A stretch of DNA of 64,000 nt from Nitrospirota bacterium (GTDB lineage Bacteria; Nitrospirota; Nitrospiria; JACQBZ01). The number at the start of each line of letters is the position of its first letter. Positions within the stretch are counted from its first letter, which is position 1. The DNA is taken from positions 12,963 through 76,962 of the forward strand of contig JACQFA010000022.1 of the NCBI GenBank assembly GCA_016200255.1. The letters are read 5' to 3'. Below are positions 49,223 to 58,473 of this stretch, piece by piece. The position numbers were made by a program, and so were the translations under genes. Below the pieces are notes generated by a model that saw only the letters and a list, made by a program, of their open reading frames with translations, did no database searches and was not told the origin of the DNA.

Positions 49223-49681
49223 TTAGGACGATTTTGCTAAAAGGTCCTTCACCACCTGTCCGACAACCGAGCCGTCGTCTCTTCCGACAACCTGGGGCAT
49301 CAGGATTTTCATGACCTTCCCCATGTCCTTTGGCCCGCTTGCACCCATTTCCTTGATCACGCTCTCCGTCTTGACCTTGAGCTCTTCCAGAGAAAGGGGC
49401 TGGGGAAGAAAGGTTTGTAGTATTTCGAGCTCTTTTTGCTCTTTGGCGACCAAGTCCATCCTTCCGCCTTTTGTGAAAAGTTCGATCGAATCCTTCCGCT
49501 GCTTCGTGGATGAAATCACCGTTTCCAAAACCTCCTGCTCCGTCAACGGATTATTCCTGCCTTTGGAGATCTCCTTGTTTTTGATGGAAGCTCGGAGCAA
49601 CCGGATGACCGAAACCTTGAGCGCATCCCCTTCGCGCATGGCCGTTTTCATTTCATCCAAGAGGCGTTGTTGTAGAGGCAT
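49223..49681 (-). CDS. GatB/YqeY domain protein
   Basis: MKTAMR, KQRKDSI, E..IL..FLP, DMGKVM. Confidence 0.92.
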   Translation of the reverse strand: MPLQQRLLDEMKTAMREGDALKVSVIRLLRASIKNKEISKGRNNPLTEQEVLETVISSTKQRKDSIELFTKGGRMDLVAKEQKELEILQTFLPQPLSLEELKVKTESVIKEMGASGPKDMGKVMKILMPQVVGRDDGSVVGQVVKDLLAKSS

Positions 49682-49725
49682 AGGCGGGGCCAAACTATTT
49701 GAAAATAATAATTAAGTAAGAGTTC

Positions 49726-49754
49726 ATTATAGCAGGCGGACCTATCCATGTCAA
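49726..49754 (-). promoter_or_regulatory. Consensus sigma70 promoter for yqeY-dnaG-rpoD
   Basis: Perfect TTGACA-N17-TATAAT with TGn. Confidence 0.88.
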
Positions 49755-49778
49755 GGAAGTGTTGTAACCTATTTTTGA

Positions 49779-49807
49779 TTGACTCAAAATCATCTTTCTG
49801 ATATAGT
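49779..49807 (+). promoter_or_regulatory. dksA promoter
   Basis: TTGACT-N17-TATAGT with TGn. Confidence 0.78.
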
Positions 49808-49865
49808 TTTGCATTCGCTCAGACGGCCGAACATACTTTCGGTAATTTCCATCAAAGAGGGACCC

Positions 49866-50270
49866 ATGGTCAAAAAAGACCGCAGAGAGAGAAAAGGACG
49901 CGATACGAAAGAAGGAAAATTCGACGAGATCAAGAAAGATCTTGAGCGCCAGAAGGCTGCTCTCCTGGCGGAATCCGGGGAGATCATCACGGGGGGCCTG
50001 AATCCGGGCGTGGAAAACTTCCCGGACATGACCGACCAGGCCTCGGCCGAAACGGACCAGAATTTTACGTTGCGTCTTCGTGAACGGGAGCAAAAACTAC
50101 TGAAGAAAATCGACGAAGCCTTGGAACGCATTACGGATGGAACCTTCGGAATCTGCGAAAGTTGCGGGGGGGGAATTTCGCTAAAGAGACTGGAAGCCCG
50201 GCCTGTCACAACGCTTTGCATCGAATGCAAAACACGGCAGGAGGCCGATGAGAAAATCCGCGAATCCTAA
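49866..50270 (+). CDS. dksA: RNA polymerase-binding protein DksA
   Basis: DMTDQA (DxxDxA), RERE.KL..KI, CESC...RLEARP.T.LCIEC. Confidence 0.93.
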   Translation: MVKKDRRERKGRDTKEGKFDEIKKDLERQKAALLAESGEIITGGLNPGVENFPDMTDQASAETDQNFTLRLREREQKLLKKIDEALERITDGTFGICESCGGGISLKRLEARPVTTLCIECKTRQEADEKIRES

Positions 50271-50275
50271 ATCAA

Positions 50276-50350
50276 TGGTAGGCGATGCTGGGATTGAACC
50301 AGCGACCTCTTGCGTGTGAAGCAAGCGCTCTACCACTGAGCTAATCGCCC
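50276..50350 (-). tRNA. tRNA-Val(CAC)
   Basis: GGGCGATTAGCTCAGTGGTAGAGC; anticodon arm CTTGC-TTCACAC-GCAAG; ends ACCA. Upstream TTGACA-N17-TACAAA. Confidence 0.95.
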
Positions 50351-50474
50351 TCCGTGAGGAACGTTTGTAACACAGCCGGTGTGCCATGTCAATCAGAGAA
50401 TCAAGTTCCATTACAGACCCAATAAGGTCCGAGGCTATTCGGATCAGGATCATGATTAAAACAAAGGAGAGTTC

Positions 50475-51188
50475 ATGTTATTTCGACTGATCGCAATCAT
50501 TGCAACGGGACTGCTGGCCGCTTCGGTTCACGCGGCCGACACCGCGGCTCTTAAGACACAAAAGGACAAGGTCAGTTACAGTATCGGGATGGATATCGGA
50601 AAGAATTTGAAGAAACAGTCGATTGAAGTGGATACTGATCTTCTGGCGCGCGGCATCAAAGATGCCATTGCAGAGGGAAAAACCCTGCTCACGGATGAGG
50701 AAGTCAAGACCGTCATGACGACCTTCCAGAAAGAAATGCAAGCCAAGACGGCCGCGCGCGCAAAAGAAGTCGGAGATAAAAACATGAAGGAAGGCGAAAC
50801 TTTTTTGGCCGAAAACAAGAAGAAGGAGGGCGTCGTCACCCTCCCAAGCGGTCTGCAGTATAAAATCATCACGACCGGCAATGGCAAGAAACCCAAAGCC
50901 ACCGATACCGTCACGACCCAATATCGGGGCACGCTGATTGACGGCACCGAGTTTGACAGTTCGTACAAGCGCGGCCAGCCGGCCAGTTTTCTGGTCAAGG
51001 GCGTGATTCCCGGTTGGACCGAGGCTCTGCAATTGATGCCGGTCGGCTCGAAATGGCAACTCTTTATCCCATCGGGTCTCGCTTACGGCCCGCGGGGCGC
51101 AGGACAGACGATCGGACCAAATGCCAGCCTGATCTTTGAAGTCGAACTGCTCTCGATCCAAGATGAAAAGAAAACTCCGAAGGAATAG
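50475..51188 (+). CDS. FKBP-type peptidyl-prolyl isomerase (Mip/FkpA/FklB-like)
   Basis: Signal peptide, SYSIG, SGLQY, GTEFDSSY.RG, VIPGWTEAL, LIFEVEL. Confidence 0.94.
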   Translation: MLFRLIAIIATGLLAASVHAADTAALKTQKDKVSYSIGMDIGKNLKKQSIEVDTDLLARGIKDAIAEGKTLLTDEEVKTVMTTFQKEMQAKTAARAKEVGDKNMKEGETFLAENKKKEGVVTLPSGLQYKIITTGNGKKPKATDTVTTQYRGTLIDGTEFDSSYKRGQPASFLVKGVIPGWTEALQLMPVGSKWQLFIPSGLAYGPRGAGQTIGPNASLIFEVELLSIQDEKKTPKE

Positions 51189-51220
51189 TGGGGTCTTGTA
51201 AAGACTCTTCTTGGTCTCGT

Positions 51221-54200
51221 TCACGAAGCCGGGTTTACAACCGCCTCAATGGCCCCTTGATCGGATTGGCTGCCACCCCCTTTAAACCGTGGGGTCCGTT
51301 GCGTTTCACGGCCATCCAAGAAAAGATAGAGAGTGGGCAGTACAATCAATGTCAATAACGTGGCCGAGACCAAACCGCCGATGATGACGACAGCCAGCGG
51401 CTTCTGGACTTCCGATCCGATTCCGGTTGACAGAGCCATCGGAAGCAGGCCCAGCATGGCCAGCAGGGCCGTCATCAAGACGGTGCGCAGCCGGACGAGG
51501 GCCCCCTGCAACACCGCATCGAACGGGCCGAGGCCTGACTCCCGAAGTTGATTGAAATAGCTTACCATCACGACGCCATTGAGCACCGCCTGTCCGAAGA
51601 GCGCGATAAAACCGATCGCGGCCGAGACGCTCAACGGCATGCCTGTGATCAACAGGATCAGGATTCCGCCGATCAGGGCAAAGGGAACATTCAATAGAAT
51701 GAGTAAGGCGTGTTTGACCGACTGGAAGGCGTCGAAGAGAAGGACAAAGATCAGAAAAATGCTGATCGGGACGATCATTTGGAGGCGCGCCATCGCCCGC
51801 TGCTGATTTTCAAACTCGCCGCTCCACGTGGTGAAGTAACCGGGTGGAAAGGAGACGCCGGCCTTTACCTTCTCCTGCATTTCACGGACCACGCTTCCCA
51901 TGTCCCGATCCCGGATGAAAATCCCGATGGCGGCGACCCGCGTTGCGGATTCGCGGCTGATGTTCATCCGGCCGCTTCCCATTGAAACGGCGGCCACCTG
52001 CTCGATCGGAATCCGAAGCCCGGCGGGTGTGTCAATCAGTATATTCTTGATCGCCGTGATGTCGCGCCGCTCCTCCGGATGCAGACGGACGACCACGTCG
52101 AATTGTTTTTCCCCTTCCCAGATTTGGGTAGCGGATTTGCCCCCCAGCGTCGTTTCAATAAAGTCCTGGATGTCCGAGACATTCAGTCCGTAGCGGGCGG
52201 CCCGCGCCCGATCGATCTCGATCTGCAATTGAGGAACCTCGCCCGGTCGATCGATAAAAGCCCGCGCCACTCCGCGGACGGGAGAAATGGTGCGAAGCAC
52301 CTCCTCGGCCTTCTGTTGCAAGGTGGCGGTCTCCTCACCGAAAACCTTGATCACGATCTGACCGTCGACCTGTGAAATGCTCTCCAGGATATTATCCCGA
52401 ATCGGTTGCGAGAAACTTACTTCAATGCCGGGTATCGCCTCCAGCGCTTGGTCCATCTGCCGGATGAGTTCTTCCTTCGTGATCTTCCGAGACCATTGCT
52501 CGGGCGGTTTTAAGTCCACATAGATCTCGGCCATATTGATCGGTTTCGGATCGGTTCCGTCTTCCGGCCGTCCGGTCTTGGAGACGACCGTTACGACCTC
52601 CGGAAATTGATGAAGGATTTTCCGAATTCGGGAGCATTGTCGGGTCGCCTCGCTGACCGAAATGCTGGGTGGAAAATTGACATTAACCCAGATGGTGCCC
52701 TCATTCAGTTCGGGGAGAAACTCGCTCCCCAAGTAAGGCACCAACGACAACGTAAGGGCCAGCGCGCCGAGCGATGCCGCGATCACCACTTTGGGACGGC
52801 GGAGCGCCATCTCCAAAGCCGGTTTGTAGAGGCGCTTGCACGCTCTCACCAGGGCATTTTCCTCTTTCGGAAGGCGGCCTCTTAAAAGGTAGAAACTTAG
52901 CAGCGGCACCAGCGTCAGTGAAAAGAGCAAAGAACCAATCAGCGCCGAGATGATGGTATAGGCCATGGGCGCGAAGATACGGCCTTCATGACGTTGCAGG
53001 GCAAAAATGGGGATGTGCGCGATAATAATGATCAACATTGAAAAGAGGGTGGGCCGTCCGACCTCGGTAGTGGCCTCGATGATCGCGGCCCGCATTGAAT
53101 CCCGCCCGCGGACCAGAGACTCCTCCGAGAGCCTCCGGAAAATATTTTCGATCACAATGACGGCTCCATCCACAATGATCCCGAAATCCATTGCGCCCAG
53201 TGAAAGGAGGTTGGCCGGTATCCCACGCAGCTTCAATCCAATGAAGGTGGCCAGGAGTGAAAGGGGAATCAAAATGGCCACGATGCCGGCCGACTTGAAA
53301 TGACCCAAGAAAAGGTATAGCACCAGCGCCACCAGAAGGGCGCCTTCCAGAAGGTTTTTGAAAACGGTTTTCAGCGTGGTGTGAATGAGCCAGGTGCGAT
53401 CATAAAAGGGAATGATGCTGACACCCTTGGGTAACACGGTTTGATTAAGTTCAAAAACCCGTTTTTTAACTTCCTGAAGGACTTCCGACGGGTTTTCCCC
53501 TTTTCGCATCACGACAATTCCGGTCACCGCCTCATCTTCCTCATCCTGACCGACGTTCCCCTGTCGGGGGACAAACCCCACGCCGATCTCGGCCATGTCC
53601 TTGATCAGGACCGGAGTGCCGTTTCGCTCGGCAACCACGATGTGGCCGATATCGTCGCTGGAGCGCAACAGGCCGATCCCCCGGATGAGATATTGCTGCT
53701 CACCCTGTTCGAGATAGCTGCCCCCGGCATTCGCGTTTCCTCTTCCAAGCGCCGTGAAGATTTGCTGCATCGAAACGTTATAAGCCTTCGCCTTGAGCAA
53801 ATCCAGACGAACCTCATACTGTTTGATGAATCCTCCCAGGCTCACGACATCTGCCACACCCGGGATCATTTTGAGAGAGCGGACGACCACCCAATCCTGC
53901 AGGGTTCTTAACTCGGTGGGAGTGTTGTGATCGCCCTTGAGCCGATAACGGTAGATCTCTCCGATAGGCGATGAAAGCGGCGCCAGATTGGGTTGCACCC
54001 CTTGCGGGAGATCCGCCGACTGCAACCGTTCCAGAACCTGCTGCCGCGCAAAATAATCGTTCACCTGATCGTCAAAGGTCAGCATGATGAACGACAGCCC
54101 AAACTGGGTGTGCGAGAACATTCGGACCGAATGGGGCAGTCCGCTCAAACCGATCTCCAGCGGGATGGTCACCTGTTTTTCGACTTCTTCGGCGGCATGT

Positions 54201-54367
54201 CCCGGAAACAGGCTGATCACCGTTACCTGGACGTCGGACACGTCCGGAAAGGCTTCGATGGGAAGGGACCGGAAAGCAGCGATGCCCCCCCCGATGAAGA
54301 GAAGGGTCAGCATCGCCAAAAAAAGAGGCTGGTTCAGGGCGAGGGAAACGATCCGTTTGACCATCAT
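51221..54367 (-). CDS. czcA: Heavy-metal efflux RND permease (CzcA-like)
   Basis: LPIEAFPD, ANLLSLGAMDFGIIVDGAVIVIEN, GSEFLPELNEG, VQKPLAVVIIGGL. Confidence 0.9.
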   Translation of the reverse strand: MMVKRIVSLALNQPLFLAMLTLLFIGGGIAAFRSLPIEAFPDVSDVQVTVISLFPGHAAEEVEKQVTIPLEIGLSGLPHSVRMFSHTQFGLSFIMLTFDDQVNDYFARQQVLERLQSADLPQGVQPNLAPLSSPIGEIYRYRLKGDHNTPTELRTLQDWVVVRSLKMIPGVADVVSLGGFIKQYEVRLDLLKAKAYNVSMQQIFTALGRGNANAGGSYLEQGEQQYLIRGIGLLRSSDDIGHIVVAERNGTPVLIKDMAEIGVGFVPRQGNVGQDEEDEAVTGIVVMRKGENPSEVLQEVKKRVFELNQTVLPKGVSIIPFYDRTWLIHTTLKTVFKNLLEGALLVALVLYLFLGHFKSAGIVAILIPLSLLATFIGLKLRGIPANLLSLGAMDFGIIVDGAVIVIENIFRRLSEESLVRGRDSMRAAIIEATTEVGRPTLFSMLIIIIAHIPIFALQRHEGRIFAPMAYTIISALIGSLLFSLTLVPLLSFYLLRGRLPKEENALVRACKRLYKPALEMALRRPKVVIAASLGALALTLSLVPYLGSEFLPELNEGTIWVNVNFPPSISVSEATRQCSRIRKILHQFPEVVTVVSKTGRPEDGTDPKPINMAEIYVDLKPPEQWSRKITKEELIRQMDQALEAIPGIEVSFSQPIRDNILESISQVDGQIVIKVFGEETATLQQKAEEVLRTISPVRGVARAFIDRPGEVPQLQIEIDRARAARYGLNVSDIQDFIETTLGGKSATQIWEGEKQFDVVVRLHPEERRDITAIKNILIDTPAGLRIPIEQVAAVSMGSGRMNISRESATRVAAIGIFIRDRDMGSVVREMQEKVKAGVSFPPGYFTTWSGEFENQQRAMARLQMIVPISIFLIFVLLFDAFQSVKHALLILLNVPFALIGGILILLITGMPLSVSAAIGFIALFGQAVLNGVVMVSYFNQLRESGLGPFDAVLQGALVRLRTVLMTALLAMLGLLPMALSTGIGSEVQKPLAVVIIGGLVSATLLTLIVLPTLYLFLDGRETQRTPRFKGGGSQSDQGAIEAVVNPAS

Positions 54368-54498
54368 AACTTACGTTGGCCCTGCCTTGACCGAAGGAAG
54401 GAACGTAAGAAGGATCCTGGATCGGTCCTGCACTGTCGGGGGGAAGTTAAAATCTTTGGTGCTGGTTTTCTTAAAAATTGAGCCGCTCATCCGGTTTT

Positions 54499-55677
54499 TT
54501 AATTGGAATCGTTTAATAAGTTTTGAAAAAGAATGCCTCCCGCAACGACCACTTCGTCGCCCGCTTGAATTCCCTGACCGATGGCTGCCACCGGCCCCGA
54601 GATGGTCTGGGGGAGAACCACGCGACGGCTGTATCGATTCGGTCCGGTTCGGACAAACAGAACATACTGATCCCCGTCACGCAGAAGAGACGAGACGGGA
54701 ACGGTCGGGAGTGAAGGGCCGTCCCGTTTAGCCAGGAGGGAAACCCGGGCGAACATCTCCGGCTTGAGAAGCCCGTTGGGGTTCTCAATCTGGCAGCGCA
54801 GCTTGAGGGTTCGCGTTACGGGGTCAACGAGATCGCTGGTATATGTGACCCGGCCGCTGAAGGTTCGATTGGGATACGATTCCGTCGTGATTTTGGCCGT
54901 CTGGCCAAGGGCCACGCGCGTCAGATCCTTCTCGGAAAGATCCGCCACCGCGATGACTCGAGAGAGATCGGCCACGGTAAAGAGGTTCTGGGCCGGATCA
55001 TTCCCGACCGTCTGTCCAAGGATGGCGCTTCGCTCAACGACCGTTCCCTGAATGGGAGAACGAAGAAAGACGGTGGAGCGGATCGGCTGCCGGTCAACTG
55101 GTTCTTCGAGATCTTTGTCCGGAACATGAAGGTTCAGGAGGCGTTCCTTGGTCCGGACAAACTCCGCCTCCGCTTTTTGGAAATCATTTTCGGCCTGATG
55201 CAGGTCCTTCCGGGAAATGGCTTTTCCAGAAAAAAGATCCTGAGCCAATTCAACGCTGTGTCGGGCCAGGGTCAAGTCGGAATTGGCCTTGATGAAGTCG
55301 GCGTAGGCCGAGCCGATTTCCGGGCTTTCAATCACCAGAAGCGGATCCCCGGCAGCCACTCGATCTCCCAACTTCGCCCGGACTTCGACGACACGGCCGA
55401 CCACCGGGGAGGAGACCTTGCTGTACCGGTCATCATCGTACTGAATTTTTCCGGGCAGAACGACCTCTCCTTTTTCCGGTTGGAGCTCAACGGTCTCGAC
55501 CTGCAGGGTCGAGGCCATTTTGGGTGAAAGCTGAATCTCGCCCGATCCAATGACGGTTGCCCCGGAGGCCGCTACGGTCACGCCCTCGGAGTTTTGGGCA
55601 CAGGACGCCACAAACAGGATCAGGCTGAGGAACATGGCACAGAAAGTCATGAAGAGTATCACGTTATCTCGCTTCAT
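54499..55677 (-). CDS. czcB: RND periplasmic adaptor (CzcB-like)
   Basis: VSSPVVGRV, RSPIQGTV, LFTVADLS, LKPEMF. Confidence 0.88.
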   Translation of the reverse strand: MKRDNVILFMTFCAMFLSLILFVASCAQNSEGVTVAASGATVIGSGEIQLSPKMASTLQVETVELQPEKGEVVLPGKIQYDDDRYSKVSSPVVGRVVEVRAKLGDRVAAGDPLLVIESPEIGSAYADFIKANSDLTLARHSVELAQDLFSGKAISRKDLHQAENDFQKAEAEFVRTKERLLNLHVPDKDLEEPVDRQPIRSTVFLRSPIQGTVVERSAILGQTVGNDPAQNLFTVADLSRVIAVADLSEKDLTRVALGQTAKITTESYPNRTFSGRVTYTSDLVDPVTRTLKLRCQIENPNGLLKPEMFARVSLLAKRDGPSLPTVPVSSLLRDGDQYVLFVRTGPNRYSRRVVLPQTISGPVAAIGQGIQAGDEVVVAGGILFQNLLNDSN

Positions 55678-56957
55678 TTTAGGTTCCCTCCAAAAATTCC
55701 CTCCCCCACTGCGCCTTCCAGGTTCGCAAGCCCTCTCTGAGCATTGAAGAGCGCCTGGGCGTAGTTGAGACGGGTGGTGTTGTAGGTTCTTTCGGCGTCC
55801 AAGAGGTCCAGAAGTGCCGCGCCCCCTTTTTGGTAGGCGTTCTCGACGATACCCTGACTTTCCTGGGCGTCCCTGAGCAGGCCGCTCTCGAATGCATTGA
55901 TCAGTGACAGGTTCTGGGTCACTTCCTGATAAGCTCGCTCGACCTCCAACAAAACTTTCTGGCGGATCTGTTCGAGCTGAGTCTGGGACGATTTCACCAT
56001 CCGGTCGGCTTTCTGAATCTCTCCTTGATTTCGATTGAAGAAGGGGAGAGGAATGCTGATTCCAGCTCCCACGGAGGGATGATAATCCGGCGCGATGGCG
56101 TCGTACTCGGCTCCCACCGTAAAATCGGGTGTCCGCTGGGCTTGGGCCAGCTTCAATTGGCTCTCGTTTTGATGAACCTGCTCTTCCTGGGACAGGAAAT
56201 CGGAACGATGAAGAAGCGCCCGCTCCTGAAGCGAAGATAGCGAGGGGAAATCCGGCCGCTGTCTCATCTCCCCGACCGCCTCGATTTCCTTCGTGGGAGG
56301 AAGAGCCAAGAATCCTTTCAGATCGCTCTTGGCGCTCTGCAACTCCAGGGTTGCCGCAATCATATCGTTCTGAAAGTCCAGTTTCTGAAGCCGGGTTTTG
56401 ATCAACTCCGCCTCGGATATTCCTCCACGCTCAAACCGAATCGTGTTGACGCGGAGGATCTCTTCAAACCGCTCAAGATTTTCTTTGGCCAGGGTCAGGT
56501 GCTCCCGGGCCAGGAGGACCGAATAGAACGCCTGCTTCACCTCCATAATCAATTGCCGTGTCACATCGATGAATTGCTGCTCCCGGGCGCGGGCTCCGGC
56601 CTCAGCCGCCTCATGTCGGAGTCTTCTCTTTCCGGCGGTTTCGATCAAGTAGTCCAAACGGGCCGAAAACTGTGAACCCGCCAGTTGATCCGCTCGGGGA
56701 TTAATAAAAGTCCCATTGATCGAAAGTTGGGGGTTCGGGAGCAGTCCCGCCGTCAGAACATCCGCCCGACTGGCCTCCACCTGAAACCGTTCGGCCACCA
56801 GTTCCAGATTCTGCCGCTGGAAAAACTCAAGGGCATCGGCAAGGGTCATCCGGAGCGGTTTGTCATCGGCCAACGCAACCGAGCTGAAAAAAGGCGCGAA
56901 GGCCACCGAAAGCAACATCATCTTGATCCACCGATTCGATTCTTTTGTCCAGTTCAA
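55674..56957 (-). CDS. czcC: TolC-family outer-membrane factor (CzcC-like)
   Basis: AGLLPNP, ETAGKRRLR, SIPLPFFNRNQG, LLDLLDAER. Confidence 0.88.
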   Translation of the reverse strand: MNWTKESNRWIKMMLLSVAFAPFFSSVALADDKPLRMTLADALEFFQRQNLELVAERFQVEASRADVLTAGLLPNPQLSINGTFINPRADQLAGSQFSARLDYLIETAGKRRLRHEAAEAGARAREQQFIDVTRQLIMEVKQAFYSVLLAREHLTLAKENLERFEEILRVNTIRFERGGISEAELIKTRLQKLDFQNDMIAATLELQSAKSDLKGFLALPPTKEIEAVGEMRQRPDFPSLSSLQERALLHRSDFLSQEEQVHQNESQLKLAQAQRTPDFTVGAEYDAIAPDYHPSVGAGISIPLPFFNRNQGEIQKADRMVKSSQTQLEQIRQKVLLEVERAYQEVTQNLSLINAFESGLLRDAQESQGIVENAYQKGGAALLDLLDAERTYNTTRLNYAQALFNAQRGLANLEGAVGEGIFGGNLK

Positions 56958-57000
56958 CGGATGAAGATCTCCCCTAATACAGACTCTGTCCTAAGTGATG

Positions 57001-57016
57001 AGCAAGTCTTATGCCT
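57001..57016 (-). promoter_or_regulatory. sigma54 (-24/-12) promoter for czcCBA
   Basis: AGGCATAAGACTTGCT = GG-N10-GC with TTGC; about 45 nt upstream of czcC. Confidence 0.75.
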
Positions 57017-57081
57017 GCGAAAGAAGGTTCTGGATTGGAGGAATTTTGAGAAAGTGGGTGGGAAAACCCGAATCCGGGTGT

Positions 57082-58473
57082 TCAATCCCTACCGGGGGTG
57101 AGACCGTACCGACGGATTTTAAGGCGAAGCGTCTTGTAATCGACCCCCAGAGCCTTGGCCGCATTGATCCTGTTCCAATGGGTTTGATGGAGGGTTTTCA
57201 AGAGAAGGTTCCGTTCAGCCTCTTCCGCGGCCTGACGGCCGACTTCTCGGAGAGAACCGGTTCCGGTTCTCTCCAACGAACCCGGCGCATCTGCAGGGAG
57301 AGGGACATCGATGGGGTAGAGGTGCAGTTCTCGGGGGGTGATCGTTTTTCCATCCGAGAGGATGATCGCCCGCTCAAGCAGATTCCCCAGCTCGCGGACG
57401 TTTCCTGGATAATTGTAATGCACCAGCGCCTCCAAAGCTTCCTGAGAGAGCTGGACCTTTCGCTTCCCTTCTGCCTCAAGTTTTTTCAAGTAGTGCTCCG
57501 CCAGAAGCGGGATATCTTCCTTGCGATCTCGCAACGGTGGGATGGTGATCGGTACCACGTTCAGGCGGTAGAAGAGGTCTTCCCGGAATCGGCCGGCGCG
57601 AACCTCTTCTTGGAGGATTTTATTGGTTGCGGCGATCACCCGGACATTGACCCGGTGGGTGCGGGTTCCGCCAACGCGTTCAAACTCCATTGTCTGAAGC
57701 ACCCGGAGCAGTTTTCCCTGAAGGTTGGCATCCATCTCGGCCACTTCATCCAAGAAGAGCGTTCCCCGATCGGCCAGCTCAAAACGTCCCGGCTTGGCCG
57801 ATATCGCACCGGTAAACGCCCCCTTCTCGTGTCCAAAAAATTCACTCTCCATCAGCTCTTTGGGAACGGCAGCGCAATTGACGACAATAAAGGGGGCGTC
57901 TTTTCGAGGACTCATTTGATGAATGGCCCGGGCCGCGAGGTCTTTTCCCGTTCCGGTTTCACCTTGAACCAAGACCGTGGCCTTGTCATCCTGGGCGACC
58001 TTCGTAATCATCCGGTGTATGTTCTGCATGGCCGGGCTCTTCCCGACCAGTGGAGTGGAGGACGGATAAAGGCCCAATTCCTCCTTAAGGTAAACGTTCT
58101 CTCGCAGGATCTCGAGATTTTTAATCGCCCGCTGAACCGTGATGAGCAACTCTTCCTTTGAAAAGGGTTTGGTGACATAGTCATAGGCCCCTTCCCGCAT
58201 CGCCTTGACCGCGGTTTGAATGGTCCCATGAGCTGTCATAATGATGACGGAGAGATCAGGATGGATTTTCCGGAGCCGTTGCAATAACTCAACCCCGTCC
58301 ATTTGGGGCATCTTCAGGTCGCTGATAACCAGATCAAAGGATTGCGTCTGGGCCAGCGCCAATGCGGTTTCCGGATGGGTTTGGGTGGTGACGTCGAATC
58401 CCTCGTGTGACAGAATTTCTCCGAGGATGCCGGCCTGAACTTTTTCATCATCAACGATCAGGACGCTATGCAT
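57082..58473 (-). CDS. sigma54-dependent NtrC-family response regulator
   Basis: REC domain, GETGTGK, GHEKGAFTGA, FREDLFYRLNV, HTH; start ATG 58473. Confidence 0.93.
   Translation of the reverse strand: MHSVLIVDDEKVQAGILGEILSHEGFDVTTQTHPETALALAQTQSFDLVISDLKMPQMDGVELLQRLRKIHPDLSVIIMTAHGTIQTAVKAMREGAYDYVTKPFSKEELLITVQRAIKNLEILRENVYLKEELGLYPSSTPLVGKSPAMQNIHRMITKVAQDDKATVLVQGETGTGKDLAARAIHQMSPRKDAPFIVVNCAAVPKELMESEFFGHEKGAFTGAISAKPGRFELADRGTLFLDEVAEMDANLQGKLLRVLQTMEFERVGGTRTHRVNVRVIAATNKILQEEVRAGRFREDLFYRLNVVPITIPPLRDRKEDIPLLAEHYLKKLEAEGKRKVQLSQEALEALVHYNYPGNVRELGNLLERAIILSDGKTITPRELHLYPIDVPLPADAPGSLERTGTGSLREVGRQAAEEAERNLLLKTLHQTHWNRINAAKALGVDYKTLRLKIRRYGLTPGRD

Noticed and set aside
56995..58161. 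Long plus-strand ORFs (also 21010-22158, 45556-46671, 61883-63019, 7058-8011)
   Set aside because: Antisense shadows of well-supported genes in GC-rich DNA; no recognisable motifs.
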